Shown here in pieces: positions 1 to 9,936 of a stretch of DNA of 64,000 bases (the first letter of the stretch is position 1; every line of letters starts with the position of its first letter). A program made the translations under genes and the position numbers. Origin of the DNA: Alphaproteobacteria bacterium (GTDB lineage Bacteria; Pseudomonadota; Alphaproteobacteria; UBA11073); assembly GCA_965246945.1 (NCBI GenBank), contig CBDFFW010000001.1, positions 1,142,691-1,206,690 on the forward strand. The letters run 5' to 3'. Below the pieces are notes generated by a model, which saw only the letters and a list, made by a program, of their open reading frames with translations, was not told where the DNA came from and did no database searches.

Positions 1-118
1 CATCATTGGTATGATTCCAGCCACCTGCGATACCGACATAAAAGCCTTTGGTATCGGCGGCCTGGGCCGTTGTAGCAATGGCTAAAGCAGCCAAACTGGT
101 TAATAGAATTTTGCGCAT
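1..118 (-). CDS. Outer-membrane beta-barrel (Omp25/OmpA-like porin family) protein; only the N-terminal fragment is in the window, and the gene continues past the left edge
   Basis: The minus strand reads MRKILLTSLAALAIATTAQA/ADTKGFYVGIAGGWNHTNDD. This is a classic Sec signal peptide with an AQA cleavage site followed by a GFY.G..GG beta-barrel start. A GGAGAT Shine-Dalgarno sits 5 nt upstream of the ATG at 118. Confidence 0.55.
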   Translation of the reverse strand, partial: MRKILLTSLAALAIATTAQAADTKGFYVGIAGGWNHTND

Positions 119-185
119 CGAATCTCCTTATTTAAGAAATTATTACGTTTTATGCATACAAACAATCTCAGAAAAAAAATCTTTA

Positions 186-1229
186 TCATTGTGCTTTGCT
201 AACCACAGCATCAACTGGCCAACGTGGCCGCACTGTGGCTTCCCTAATTGAATTTGCCATTTGTGCCCATTCAATGGCGCACCACCCAATCATTGCGGCA
301 TTATCGGTACATAATTGGGGGGCAGGGGCGATGAAGGTTAATTGCTGCTGTTCGCAAAGTTTGAGCAAAGCCTGGCGAATGGCCTGATTGGCCGCGACCC
401 CGCCCACTACCGCTAGACAGGCTGGGGATTGGCCATTGTCTTTTAATTGTTTGATAGCCTGGGCAAGGCGGTCAACAACTGTATTGGCAACCGCTTGCTG
501 CAAAGCGGCGCAGAGATCCGGAATATCGGCCGCAGCAATACCTTTTTTAATCAATTGGCTGGCGGCGGTTTTTAAACCGGAGAAAGAGAAATCAGCATGC
601 GCCTGCCCCAAAAAGGGCGATGGCAAAGTGAAGCGATTCGGATTGGTTGCTTGCTTAGCTTGTTGTTCGATTAGGGGACCGCCAGGCCAACCAAGCCCTA
701 ATAGTTTGGCAATTTTATCAAAACATTCACCGGCCGCATCGTCCCGTGTTTGGCCCAAAACTTGGCCAGTTTGCGGGCCGCAGACCCAGATAATTTGGGT
801 ATGGCCGCCCGATACCAGCAGGGCCATATAAGGATAGGCAATATTATCGGTCAGGCGCGGGGTTAACAAATGTCCCCAGAGGTGATTCACACCGATAAAT
901 GGTTTGTCAGCGGCATAGGCCAAACTTTGCGCCGTGGTCGCACCAACCAATAAGCCGCCAATCAAGCCAGGACCAATGGTGGCCGCGAATAAGTCGATAT
1001 CTTTCAGTGATAAATTGGCTTCCGCTAAAACCAATGGGATTATAGCAGGCAGGCGCTGAAGATGGGCACGGGCAGCTATTTCCGGCACCACGCCACCATA
1101 GATGCGGTGTTCATCCAACTGACTGTAAATTTGCTGAGCCAAAATGCGCCGCTCGTTATCGATAATGGCTACCGCAGTTTCATCACAGGAGGTTTCAATG
1201 GCCAGGCATTTCACGACTAATTTAAGCAT
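186..1229 (-). CDS. tsaD: tRNA N6-adenosine threonylcarbamoyltransferase TsaD
   Basis: The ORF 186..1277 contains CLAIETSCDETAVAI, LLVSGGHTQ and GPGLIGGLLVG, which are Kae1/TsaD hallmarks. The likely start is the MLKLVVKCLAIE ATG at 1229. Confidence 0.93.
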   Translation of the reverse strand: MLKLVVKCLAIETSCDETAVAIIDNERRILAQQIYSQLDEHRIYGGVVPEIAARAHLQRLPAIIPLVLAEANLSLKDIDLFAATIGPGLIGGLLVGATTAQSLAYAADKPFIGVNHLWGHLLTPRLTDNIAYPYMALLVSGGHTQIIWVCGPQTGQVLGQTRDDAAGECFDKIAKLLGLGWPGGPLIEQQAKQATNPNRFTLPSPFLGQAHADFSFSGLKTAASQLIKKGIAAADIPDLCAALQQAVANTVVDRLAQAIKQLKDNGQSPACLAVVGGVAANQAIRQALLKLCEQQQLTFIAPAPQLCTDNAAMIGWCAIEWAQMANSIREATVRPRWPVDAVVSKAQ

Positions 1230-1263
1230 GAAAGTTTTGACATAAGCAATGAATTGCCAGTGA

Positions 1264-1809
1264 ATGGATTCTTTCAAAAAAATTGTTGATCCGCTTTTGG
1301 CCAGAAAATATTATGACATTACGCTGAATCTAATTGAGGCATTGCATAATGCGCAATTATCCGTCAATGCGCTGCCGCGCGATTTTAATGCGCAAATCCA
1401 GTTTTTACGGCAGGCAAAACCTGAATATAAATTAGAGCTTAATATTGGCGCTTTATTTGCGATGGCTGGCTATGAAATCGTCACAGGCCCGACATTATCT
1501 TCTTTAAATCGGTTAACTGCGCGTATATCGCTGAACCAGAATTTGTTTCAAATTCATGGAAGCAAGAAACGCCGTGATTTTAAACGCCAGGCTGCAGCAA
1601 TTAACGAATTTCTAATAACTAGAAATCTGCCGCATCTACTCAGCCTGCTCAAGAGCCTTTATAAAGATATCGCCATCGGTGCGGTCACAATACCGCCGGA
1701 TACAACCAATTTAAGGCCATCTTCCACACTTAAATTGGCGGAGATGGCGGCATCGGCTTTCACATATAATAAAAAACCAGAAGTGGGTACCGGAGTGGTT
1801 GGCACATAA
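1264..1809 (+). CDS. Hypothetical protein; its 3' tail overlaps the convergent DUF502 gene by about 150 nt
   Basis: 181-aa ORF whose first ~390 nt are AT-richer than the flanks. No motif is recognised, and the last ~50 codons are antisense to a well-supported gene, so the true end or reality of the ORF is uncertain. Confidence 0.35.
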   Translation: MDSFKKIVDPLLARKYYDITLNLIEALHNAQLSVNALPRDFNAQIQFLRQAKPEYKLELNIGALFAMAGYEIVTGPTLSSLNRLTARISLNQNLFQIHGSKKRRDFKRQAAAINEFLITRNLPHLLSLLKSLYKDIAIGAVTIPPDTTNLRPSSTLKLAEMAASAFTYNKKPEVGTGVVGT

Positions 1810-2291
1810 ACGGCCAGCAAATTATCGGGCGCAATGGCGGACATCGCATTGCTTTCCACCTCGCCCGTCACAAAGCCCAAGGCCCAGCTATTGGCAGTGG
1901 GGAATTCAACCCATACCACGCGTTTAAAACTTTTGCCTTTTTCGCTGAGCAAAGTTTCGAGCAGTTGCTTGCTGGCACCATATAAAGTGCTTAGCAATGG
2001 CATTTTTGCCATCAGCAAATCGGCACTATGTACCACCTGCCGACCGAGAAAATTACGGGCCAACAAGCCGACTAAAGTGATGACCATCATAATAAAAATC
2101 AGGCCTGCGCCAGGGATACGAAAACCCAGCAATTCATGCGGAGAATAACCAACCGGTAAAATCCATTCAACAGCCGTATCCACCAAATTGACCAGGAAAT
2201 AAACCAAAAAACAGGTAAGGCCCAGCGGTATAGTGACGATGAGACCAGTCAGAAAATAACGCCGCAGACGTTTAAAAAGATTGTTTGGCAT
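1659..2291 (-). CDS. DUF502-family integral membrane protein
   Basis: 210 aa with two N-terminal TM helices (LTGLIVTIPLGLTCFLVYFLV, GAGLIFIMMVITLVGLL). The downstream stretch PLLSTLYGASKQL...VVWVEFP...LGFVTG...VYVPTTP.PTSGFLL is typical of DUF502. Confidence 0.8.
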   Translation of the reverse strand: MPNNLFKRLRRYFLTGLIVTIPLGLTCFLVYFLVNLVDTAVEWILPVGYSPHELLGFRIPGAGLIFIMMVITLVGLLARNFLGRQVVHSADLLMAKMPLLSTLYGASKQLLETLLSEKGKSFKRVVWVEFPTANSWALGFVTGEVESNAMSAIAPDNLLAVYVPTTPVPTSGFLLYVKADAAISANLSVEDGLKLVVSGGIVTAPMAISL

Positions 2292-2650
2292 TACGAATGC
2301 TTATATTTTGAAGTAGATGAATTTAAGTAAGTTTCTAAAGCGTTGCTCACCAAATGATTTAAGGTCACGCCATCCGCTTTCGCCCGCAAAGCTGCGCGCC
2401 GATGTAAATCACTCGCAGTGCGAATATTAAAGCTACCTTTAAATGGCTGTTCAGGTTTCTGTTTATTTATGGTGCAATATTCCAGATAATCATCAACTGC
2501 CGCTTCAAAAGCTTGTCTTAATCCTTTCGCATCTTCCGCTTCAAAAGTAACTAAACTGCGTATAAACTCCAATTTGCCGAAGAAGCAAATATCCGCGTCA
2601 CTATAATGCGCCGAACCGACATAACCACGATATTCCATAAAATCAATCAT
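2291..2650 (-). CDS. hicB: HicB-family antitoxin
   Basis: 119 aa with MEYRGYVGSAHYSDADICFFGKL...FEAEDAKGL..AFEAAVDDYLEYC and a C-terminal RHH-like SDLHRRAALRAKADGVTLNHLV. Its start overlaps the hicA stop (ATGA), and its stop shares 1 nt with the DUF502 start. Confidence 0.8.
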   Translation of the reverse strand: MIDFMEYRGYVGSAHYSDADICFFGKLEFIRSLVTFEAEDAKGLRQAFEAAVDDYLEYCTINKQKPEQPFKGSFNIRTASDLHRRAALRAKADGVTLNHLVSNALETYLNSSTSKYKHS

Positions 2651-2901
2651 ATCAAACCCGCTGCCTGCAAATGCTCTAAAACCAATTTTACTTGGTAAGC
2701 TTTTAAAATTTTTCGTGGATGTGGCTCATGCAAAAAAATAGGAGGGACAGTTGCATGATTGAACCGGCGGCGAGATCCGCTGGTTTTACCGGCATGCATT
2801 TCTGAATAGCCTAGCTGCTGCAAAACTGTTTCCAACTCTTTCCAGCTGAAATCTGTTGGTGCGGCTATTAACCGTGCCAATAATTTTTCAGCTTTACTCA
2901 T
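2647..2901 (-). CDS. hicA: HicA-family mRNA interferase toxin
   Basis: MSKAEKLLARL...LQQLGYSEMHAGKTSGSRRRFNH...FLHEPHP matches the YcfA/HicA pattern. The ATG at 2901 is preferred over the TTG-initiated longer ORF that ends at 2928. Confidence 0.75.
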   Translation of the reverse strand: MSKAEKLLARLIAAPTDFSWKELETVLQQLGYSEMHAGKTSGSRRRFNHATVPPIFLHEPHPRKILKAYQVKLVLEHLQAAGLI

Positions 2902-2924
2902 GCTACTTCTAAAACATTTATTTT

Positions 2925-2942
2925 GCAACTAAATTTAGTTGC
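2925..2942. promoter_or_regulatory. Perfect 18-bp palindrome GCAACTAAATTTAGTTGC upstream of hicA; candidate HicB operator
   Basis: Read directly from the sequence. It lies 24 nt upstream of the hicA ATG and immediately after the mdh stop codon. Confidence 0.4.
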
Positions 2943-3950
<1,008 letters not shown>

Positions 3951-4009
3951 CTAAAGATTTGCCTATGAAAGTTTTGCATTAATCAGCCAAAATGCTGCAA
4001 ATATCATAA

Positions 4010-5032
4010 ATGTATATTCACCGTCGTTATTATCCTGTTTTACCTTTATTGCTCTTACCTTCGCTTATTGGCTGCGGATTAAAAAAAACACCGGTTACTG
4101 CGGTTGCCACTCCATCACCGACAGCCGCGGCAATACCTGCAATTCCAAAAATGGTAGCGCCAAAACAAACAGAGGTTTCACTTAGACAAAATGCAAACGG
4201 CTTTCAAATTGGAACACCCGAAAAATGGATAGACTTAACAGATGGTAATATAGATAAGTATATTGAAAAATACCGTTATCGCAACAAACGTAACCAAGTA
4301 CCTTTTGATCAAAAATTTGATGAATATGTGTTGAAGCAAAAAGGTATTGGACAATTTTTAATCGATAGATACAAAGTATTATTCAACAAAAATGATTTTA
4401 TAAAAATATCAAAAGAAGTGAAAAATAAATGGAATAAAGCTTTTATTCAAGAAAAGGTTGTTTTAGCCGATACTGTACTAAAAGTTGTTGTTAAACATTT
4501 TGGCTTATCAGAATATCATCTGGAAAAAGGTAAAGGTGGCAAATCACCTGGTTTTCAATTATTGCAGGATAGAAATGTTATCCAATATACCAGTCTGGAT
4601 AAAATAGATGCTTCATTGGTCATACCAGCTTTATGTCACGAACTAACGCATGCTGTACAAGAGCGTTTATGTAAATATTTTACTCTTACAGGAATAAAAT
4701 ATCATAACAAACAACTCATAAATGATGTAATTGTTCTTTCTAGAAATATAGCTAATTATACGAATGATTCACAGGATATGACAAAATATCAGTTACAGCC
4801 AATGGAAGTCCAAGCAAACTGGATCTTTGTTTTTGTAGAATTTAATATGCACAGAAAATATTTACTTAATTTACCCCACAATAAAATGTTAGACCAAAAT
4901 GCATCTGCCATTCAATCATTTATGGAAGATCAAATTAAACAACCACTTATATCTAATTATACCCTGACTCCTGTAGAAACTTTAAAACTGTATTGGCAGC
5001 AACAAATTAGACCATCATTTTTCAAGCCTTAA
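4010..5032 (+). CDS. Orphan lipoprotein with a zincin-like HExxH motif (DUF4157-like HELTHAVQE)
   Basis: 340 aa with a lipobox LLLLPSLIG-C, a Pro/Ala linker, and then a Lys/Asn-rich body containing CHELTHAVQERL. The region is markedly AT-richer than the flanking mdh and rpsD. Confidence 0.65.
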   Translation: MYIHRRYYPVLPLLLLPSLIGCGLKKTPVTAVATPSPTAAAIPAIPKMVAPKQTEVSLRQNANGFQIGTPEKWIDLTDGNIDKYIEKYRYRNKRNQVPFDQKFDEYVLKQKGIGQFLIDRYKVLFNKNDFIKISKEVKNKWNKAFIQEKVVLADTVLKVVVKHFGLSEYHLEKGKGGKSPGFQLLQDRNVIQYTSLDKIDASLVIPALCHELTHAVQERLCKYFTLTGIKYHNKQLINDVIVLSRNIANYTNDSQDMTKYQLQPMEVQANWIFVFVEFNMHRKYLLNLPHNKMLDQNASAIQSFMEDQIKQPLISNYTLTPVETLKLYWQQQIRPSFFKP

Positions 5033-5174
5033 TTCAATCGTTTGACATTAATTAAATGATTATTGCATATAGATTTATTCCCTAAAATGTGGAGCAGATG
5101 GATTAGCCATTTGTTCCCGCCGTCAGGACTATAGGGACAACCACTAAGGCTTGGATTAACCAAGGAGATATAAT

Positions 5175-5789
5175 ATGGCAAAAAGAGAAGCCGCGAAACA
5201 TAAGATTGACCGCCGGTTGGGCGTCAACCTCTGGGGTCGGGCCAAAAGCCCGTTGAACCGCCGGAACACCAAACCAGGTCAACATGGCAGCGCCAATAAG
5301 AAATTGTCTGATTTTGGTCAGCAATTGCGCGCCAAACAAAAAATGAAAATGTATTATGGTGATATGGGCGAACGCATGTTCCGCCGTTATTACGAAGAAG
5401 CGGTGCGCCGCAAGGGTGACACTTCTGAAAATCTGATTAGCTTGCTTGAGCGCCGGTTAGACACTGTGGTTTACCGGGCCAAATTGGCGGCCACTATTTT
5501 TGGTGCGCGTCAGTTGGTTAATCACGGCCATGTATTGGTGAACGGTAAGCGCGTGAATATCCGTTCTTACGCAATCAAAGACAATGATGTGGTGACGTTG
5601 AAAGACAAAGCGCAGCGCTTAGAAGCTGTTTTGCTCGCGCAAAATAGCAAAGAGCGTGACGTGCCGGAATATTTGCAATTCGATGCCCGTGAATTGAAAG
5701 CCGTTTATTTGCGTGCCCCGAAATTTGCCGATGTGCCTTACCCAGTAACCATGGAACCAAACCTGGTTATCGAATATTATTCACGCTAA
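5175..5789 (+). CDS. rpsD: 30S ribosomal protein S4
   Basis: 204 aa with [14 protein letters not shown] and an S4 RNA-binding domain ([11 protein letters not shown]...[15 protein letters not shown]). An AAGGAGA Shine-Dalgarno lies upstream. Confidence 0.96.
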   Translation: MAKREAAKHKIDRRLGVNLWGRAKSPLNRRNTKPGQHGSANKKLSDFGQQLRAKQKMKMYYGDMGERMFRRYYEEAVRRKGDTSENLISLLERRLDTVVYRAKLAATIFGARQLVNHGHVLVNGKRVNIRSYAIKDNDVVTLKDKAQRLEAVLLAQNSKERDVPEYLQFDARELKAVYLRAPKFADVPYPVTMEPNLVIEYYSR

Positions 5790-5855
5790 TTTTTTAACGG
5801 TTTGTTGCAGCTTGCTTTTGACAAGCTGCTAATGGCCTGCTTAAGTCTTTGAAGT

Positions 5856-5939
5856 GCCCTTGTGGCGGAATGGTAGACGCGGTAGACTCAAAATCTATTA
5901 TCGCAAGATGTGGGAGTTCGAGTCTCCCCGAGGGCACCA
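5856..5939 (+). tRNA. tRNA-Leu (anticodon CAA) with encoded CCA
   Basis: The acceptor stem GCCCTTG pairs with CGAGGGC. The anticodon stem-loop GTAGA-CTCAAAA-TCTAT gives anticodon CAA. A long variable arm and a GGTTCGAGTC-type T-arm (GGGAGTTCGAGTCTCCC) are present, followed by discriminator A and CCA. Confidence 0.9.
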
Positions 5940-6035
5940 AATTTCGCAATCATAAAACTAACATACTATTAGAATTTTATATGTTAATCTTAAATCGGCA
6001 TTTCTAATTTACTTGCGATCAGTCAATTTATTTAA

Positions 6036-6299
6036 ATGACTACATATAAAGTTTATGAAGCGTATTCCGCAAAACATAAAGACGTGCCTGAGATTGCTGT
6101 GATGGGTGCTGCCGCTGGTACTGCGGCAGGTGCCGGGGTGGGTTTTGCCGTGGGCGGACCTATCGGCGGTGCCATTGGTGCCGTGGTAGGTGCAATTAGT
6201 GGCGGTATGGGCGCATCAGCAACCATTAACGATGCGGATGATGTGGCCAAACAAATGGAAAACGAAATCTCTAACCAAGCAGGAGACAGCAATGTCTAA
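6036..6299 (+). CDS. Small glycine-zipper (GxxxG-repeat) membrane protein
   Basis: 87 aa with the core GAAAGTAAGAGVGFAVGGPIGGAIGAVVGAISGGMGA followed by an acidic tail. It lies just downstream of tRNA-Leu. Confidence 0.5.
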   Translation: MTTYKVYEAYSAKHKDVPEIAVMGAAAGTAAGAGVGFAVGGPIGGAIGAVVGAISGGMGASATINDADDVAKQMENEISNQAGDSNV

Positions 6300-6459
6300 T
6301 ACACAGCCGCCCAAAAAAGATACTGGCGTTGCTAATACCAATGACCCCAATGCGACCAATCCAAATGCTGGTTTACCCAGTAAGGAAAGTTCGGCAGCGG
6401 CTAATATGGAAGCGCATGCCTATACCAACCAAGCGGCCCAAGGCAAGCCGCAGCGTTAG
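6292..6459 (+). CDS. Small hydrophilic hypothetical protein (55 aa), translationally coupled to the preceding ORF
   Basis: The ATG at 6292 overlaps the upstream stop (ATGTCTAA) and is preceded by AGGAGA at 6281-6286. The product MSNTQPPKKDTGVANTNDPNATNPNAGLPSK... is low-complexity. Confidence 0.35.
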   Translation: MSNTQPPKKDTGVANTNDPNATNPNAGLPSKESSAAANMEAHAYTNQAAQGKPQR

Positions 6460-7583
6460 CGAGTGGTAGGTGTGGGGACGGTAATGGCAAGCGAACTAAG
6501 CGGTGCATGGGCGGCTGAGATTACATCTTCAGCTTTACCCTCATCTTCTTTTTCTTCGGTAACGTCTTCGTTACTAGTAATTGGAAAATCATTAGCATTT
6601 GCTGTGATTGGATTTGCGGCCGGTTTGCTGGCAATCGATGCGGGTACATTTACATTGATTGGTGTAATTGTGGGTTCAGTTTGTGCAATGGGCGCATTTT
6701 TTCTGCGGCCGATCATTACTGGCAAACCGTTGCGTGCCCGCAATTGCTGATCAACCATTGCCCAATCAATCTCCGCATCATCTGCCATCGTCTGAACACG
6801 GCTTAAAATATCAGCCGGCACTATCGTTTGCATGGGATAATCCATTTCAATCTGGTCGGCTTGATCCCGTTCGGGATGTGCTTCTAGCCACAAATCATTG
6901 CCTTCCCAATTTAATTTAATCGGCTGATAAACGACGCTAACGGGGGTGCCGATGGGCACCATGCCAAACAGTTCTTTGATTTGTTTGGGATATAACCGGA
7001 TACAGCCGGAACTGGTGCGGCGGCCAATGCCCCAGGATTTATTGGTGCCATGGATTAAATAGGCGGGCCAATCTAGATACATGGCGTGCGTGCCCAGCGG
7101 GTTGTCTTCACCAGCAGGCACGGATAAGGGCAAAGTGGGATCTTCTTCCAACATGCGCGGGGTTGGGTGCCAGGTTGGTCCCACCACTTTGCGCATAATT
7201 TTGGTTTGTCCGCGCGGCGTATCCAAACCCTCACGGCCAACACCGATAGCCATAACTTCGGGTGGAGCAGTGGGGCCAGATTTAAAATAATAAAGGCGCA
7301 TTTCGGCCAGATTAATCAGAATGCCGTTGTGGGCCCCATCCGGCACTAAAGACTGGGTGGGAATGCGGATTTCCTTGCCAGCGCCAGGCACCCAGGGGTC
7401 TAAATCTGGATTGGCGGCGCGTAAAGGCACAAAGCCGACATCAAACCGTTCGCCAATATCGGCAAAGGTATCATCTTCCTGTGCAGTGTAAACCAGCGGC
7501 TTACCAACCAAAGTGGCCTGGGCCGAGCCCATAGCAAATAAACCAACAGTTAAAGCGAAACACAGGGATCGACAGCGCGACAT
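6456..7583 (-). CDS. L,D-transpeptidase with LysM domain
   Basis: 375 aa with a signal peptide and a LysM-like segment (YTAQEDDTFADIGERFDVGFVPLRAANP). The YkuD catalytic region is LIHGTNKSWGIGRRTSSGCIRL. Confidence 0.88.
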   Translation of the reverse strand: MSRCRSLCFALTVGLFAMGSAQATLVGKPLVYTAQEDDTFADIGERFDVGFVPLRAANPDLDPWVPGAGKEIRIPTQSLVPDGAHNGILINLAEMRLYYFKSGPTAPPEVMAIGVGREGLDTPRGQTKIMRKVVGPTWHPTPRMLEEDPTLPLSVPAGEDNPLGTHAMYLDWPAYLIHGTNKSWGIGRRTSSGCIRLYPKQIKELFGMVPIGTPVSVVYQPIKLNWEGNDLWLEAHPERDQADQIEMDYPMQTIVPADILSRVQTMADDAEIDWAMVDQQLRARNGLPVMIGRRKNAPIAQTEPTITPINVNVPASIASKPAANPITANANDFPITSNEDVTEEKEDEGKAEDVISAAHAPLSSLAITVPTPTTR

Positions 7584-7605
7584 CGGTTTTCATAACATAG
7601 CAGCG

Positions 7606-8133
7606 ATGATTCCGCATCCTCTACGCGCAGCGATATGTTTGCTGATATTATTATCCAGTGTTTTATGCGGCCATGTGGCGCAGGCACAACATGAACAAAC
7701 CACATTACCGCAAGCCGATTTGATTGTGGTGCATAAAAAAGAACACGAACTTGAATTGTGGCGCGATGGCGAAACGATTTTAAAATATCCCATTGCTTTG
7801 GGCTTTAACCCAGTTGGCCATAAAATTTACCAGGGTGATGGCAAAACACCCGAAGGGGTTTATACCATTATCGAAAAAAAGCAAAATAGCGGTTTTCACC
7901 GCGCCTTAATGCTGAATTACCCGAATGAGGCGGATAAGCAAACTGCTGCGGCGCAAGGGTTAACCCCGGGTGCATATATCGCCATTCATGGCATGCCCAA
8001 TGGTCAAACGCCCGAAACGATGGAACATCCCAAACGGGACTGGACCGATGGCTGTGTCGCCTTAACCGATGCGCAAATAGACACCATCTGGGAACGCGTC
8101 GCGCCAGGGACACCGGTGTTGATTATGCCTTAA
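7606..8133 (+). CDS. L,D-transpeptidase family protein (YkuD/YafK-like)
   Basis: Contains IAIHG...HPKRDWTDGCVALTDAQIDTIW with a catalytic Cys. The likely start is MIPHPLRAAICLLILL (signal peptide) at 7606 within ORF 7513..8133. Confidence 0.85.
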   Translation: MIPHPLRAAICLLILLSSVLCGHVAQAQHEQTTLPQADLIVVHKKEHELELWRDGETILKYPIALGFNPVGHKIYQGDGKTPEGVYTIIEKKQNSGFHRALMLNYPNEADKQTAAAQGLTPGAYIAIHGMPNGQTPETMEHPKRDWTDGCVALTDAQIDTIWERVAPGTPVLIMP

Positions 8134-9226
8134 TTTTTAACCGCGTGGTTTTGGCGGTGAAGTTGAGTAGCGCGGGTGCCAGCCGGCATAGGTTAAATAG
8201 AATATTTTGTCCAAAAGGTTGAACCAGCATTTGTGATAATCGGGTTGCCACCCGAATTTTTAACGATAAATCAGCAAGCATTTTTTGCTGATACGTTTCG
8301 ATATCATGCTGCAAAAAACAGTTTACGGCGGTAGTTGCCGTATGCAGCGCAATTGACATGCCATTACCGACAAATGATGGAATGACCGCCATTTGATCGC
8401 CGAGCCGATATAAGTTAGGCAGATTATCAGCGCTAGATTGGTGAACCATACCATAAGGAATACCAAAAATGGCTAAGGGTTTAAGCCAGCAAGGTGTGGC
8501 ATCTTTTAAACGTGCAGCCAAGGCAGGAACTTTGAATAATTCAGCCAATAAGTGCGGCCAGCTTTTATTTAGTGCAGCAAAACGCGCTTTGGTGACGACC
8601 AAACATAAATTGATTAATCCGTCTTCTACATTTTCAATACCGGCATAACCACCGGCAAATAAAACAATATCCGTTTGCGCTACGGTATCTGGCACTGCTT
8701 TTTGAAAGTACATTTTAAAACCAATTAAATCATTTTGTAGGCCGGCCGGACGTGGCCAACCGCGCAAATCATGCTTGCCGGTCGCCAAAAAAACAGCCTT
8801 GGCTGCTAATGGCTTGTTTTGCGGGGCAACTTCAACTTGCCAGTGCGCATTTTCTTGCCAGAGCCGATTGGCGGATTGTCCGCGCCATATTTCCACCCCG
8901 CATTGCGTTGCACGCTGCAATAACGCTTCATCCAGACGGTAACGGGACAAGCTGTAAGCATGGAATGGCAAAGGATGCGTTACGGTTTTATCATACTGAA
9001 TTAATCTAACTTGGTCGATGCGTCTGGCACCCAAGCTAGGCAGTTCGATGCCCAATTGCGTTAGATAGTTTTGGGCTTCAATACTAATAAATTCGCCGCA
9101 AACTTTGTGATGTGCTTGCGCTTCTTTTTCAATTAATAGCACTTTTTGTTTAGCCTGCGCCAAGCCGATGGCGGCCGCGGTGCCTGCCAATCCGCCGCCA
9201 ATCACAATGGCATCATATACAGCCAT
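8123..9226 (-). CDS. FAD-dependent oxidoreductase/hydroxylase (geranylgeranyl-reductase-like flavoprotein), third gene of the type III PKS cluster
   Basis: Contains MAVYDAIVIGGGLAGTAAAIGL (a GxGxxG FAD fold). The start ATG shares 1 nt with the stop of the upstream methyltransferase (TGATG). Confidence 0.85.
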   Translation of the reverse strand: MAVYDAIVIGGGLAGTAAAIGLAQAKQKVLLIEKEAQAHHKVCGEFISIEAQNYLTQLGIELPSLGARRIDQVRLIQYDKTVTHPLPFHAYSLSRYRLDEALLQRATQCGVEIWRGQSANRLWQENAHWQVEVAPQNKPLAAKAVFLATGKHDLRGWPRPAGLQNDLIGFKMYFQKAVPDTVAQTDIVLFAGGYAGIENVEDGLINLCLVVTKARFAALNKSWPHLLAELFKVPALAARLKDATPCWLKPLAIFGIPYGMVHQSSADNLPNLYRLGDQMAVIPSFVGNGMSIALHTATTAVNCFLQHDIETYQQKMLADLSLKIRVATRLSQMLVQPFGQNILFNLCRLAPALLNFTAKTTRLKIKA

Positions 9227-9936
9227 CAGCGCCAGCGGTTCACACAGTAACGGAAAGGGAACCACCATCGAATGGCTGATTGCGCGGCTGGAATATTGGC
9301 TTGGTGCAGCAATGTTTGCCAGTCTTGTTTGACAAATGCACGTTCGATAGAAATTGGCCCATCATGTTTTACCATCGGATCAAGCGGCAGTGCAGCGAAC
9401 AAATATTTGACAAAATAGTAAGGGATTGGATGACGATGCAGATCGTTAATAAACCAGCCTTGTGTGGCATGCTGTTCCATCCAACCAATAAATTTCAGCA
9501 ATTCAGTGTTGTTGAGATGATGCGTGAAAAGCGAACTAATAACAAAATCCGCCTGCCGCGCCGCAGCAATTTGATAAATGTCTACTGTTTCAAAATGGAT
9601 TGGCGTTTCGACAGACGTATGTACTTTGGCCGATTGCTGGGCCAGCGGATTAATATCCATGCCATATAATTCCACCGCAACATTATAGCGCTTAGCCAAC
9701 CGCCAGATTTGCCGCAGCATATCTCCGCCGCCGCTGCCGATATCAAAAATCACAATCGGCCGCTGCGGTTTAAAATTATGAAAAATTTGTTTTAACCATT
9801 GCAAAGTTGGCCGGTAGGCCAGCGTGCCGATATTGACTTTGGTTAAATCTTTTAAACAATTATCGAAAGCGGCTGCCGTTACCGTGTCGGTATCCATCCA
9901 TTCCAATTGCTGACTGCGGGTAGCAAAATTAGGCAT
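9226..9936 (-). CDS. SAM-dependent methyltransferase
   Basis: 236 aa with motif I VIFDIGSGGGDM and a class I methyltransferase fold pattern. It overlaps the PKS gene by 8 nt. Confidence 0.85.
   Translation of the reverse strand: MPNFATRSQQLEWMDTDTVTAAAFDNCLKDLTKVNIGTLAYRPTLQWLKQIFHNFKPQRPIVIFDIGSGGGDMLRQIWRLAKRYNVAVELYGMDINPLAQQSAKVHTSVETPIHFETVDIYQIAAARQADFVISSLFTHHLNNTELLKFIGWMEQHATQGWFINDLHRHPIPYYFVKYLFAALPLDPMVKHDGPISIERAFVKQDWQTLLHQANIPAAQSAIRWWFPFRYCVNRWR

Noticed and set aside
388-831. 147-aa plus-strand ORF, and similar ORFs at 196..387 and 48..251
   Set aside because: They lie entirely antisense to the well-supported tsaD gene or the porin gene, with Ala/Cys/Trp-rich shadow-frame composition and no motif.
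5807-5829. Hairpin GCAGCTTG-N7-CAAGCTGC after rpsD as a rho-independent terminator
   Set aside because: The stem is real but is not followed by a T-run. It may be a weak terminator or processing signal before tRNA-Leu, but the evidence is too weak to annotate.
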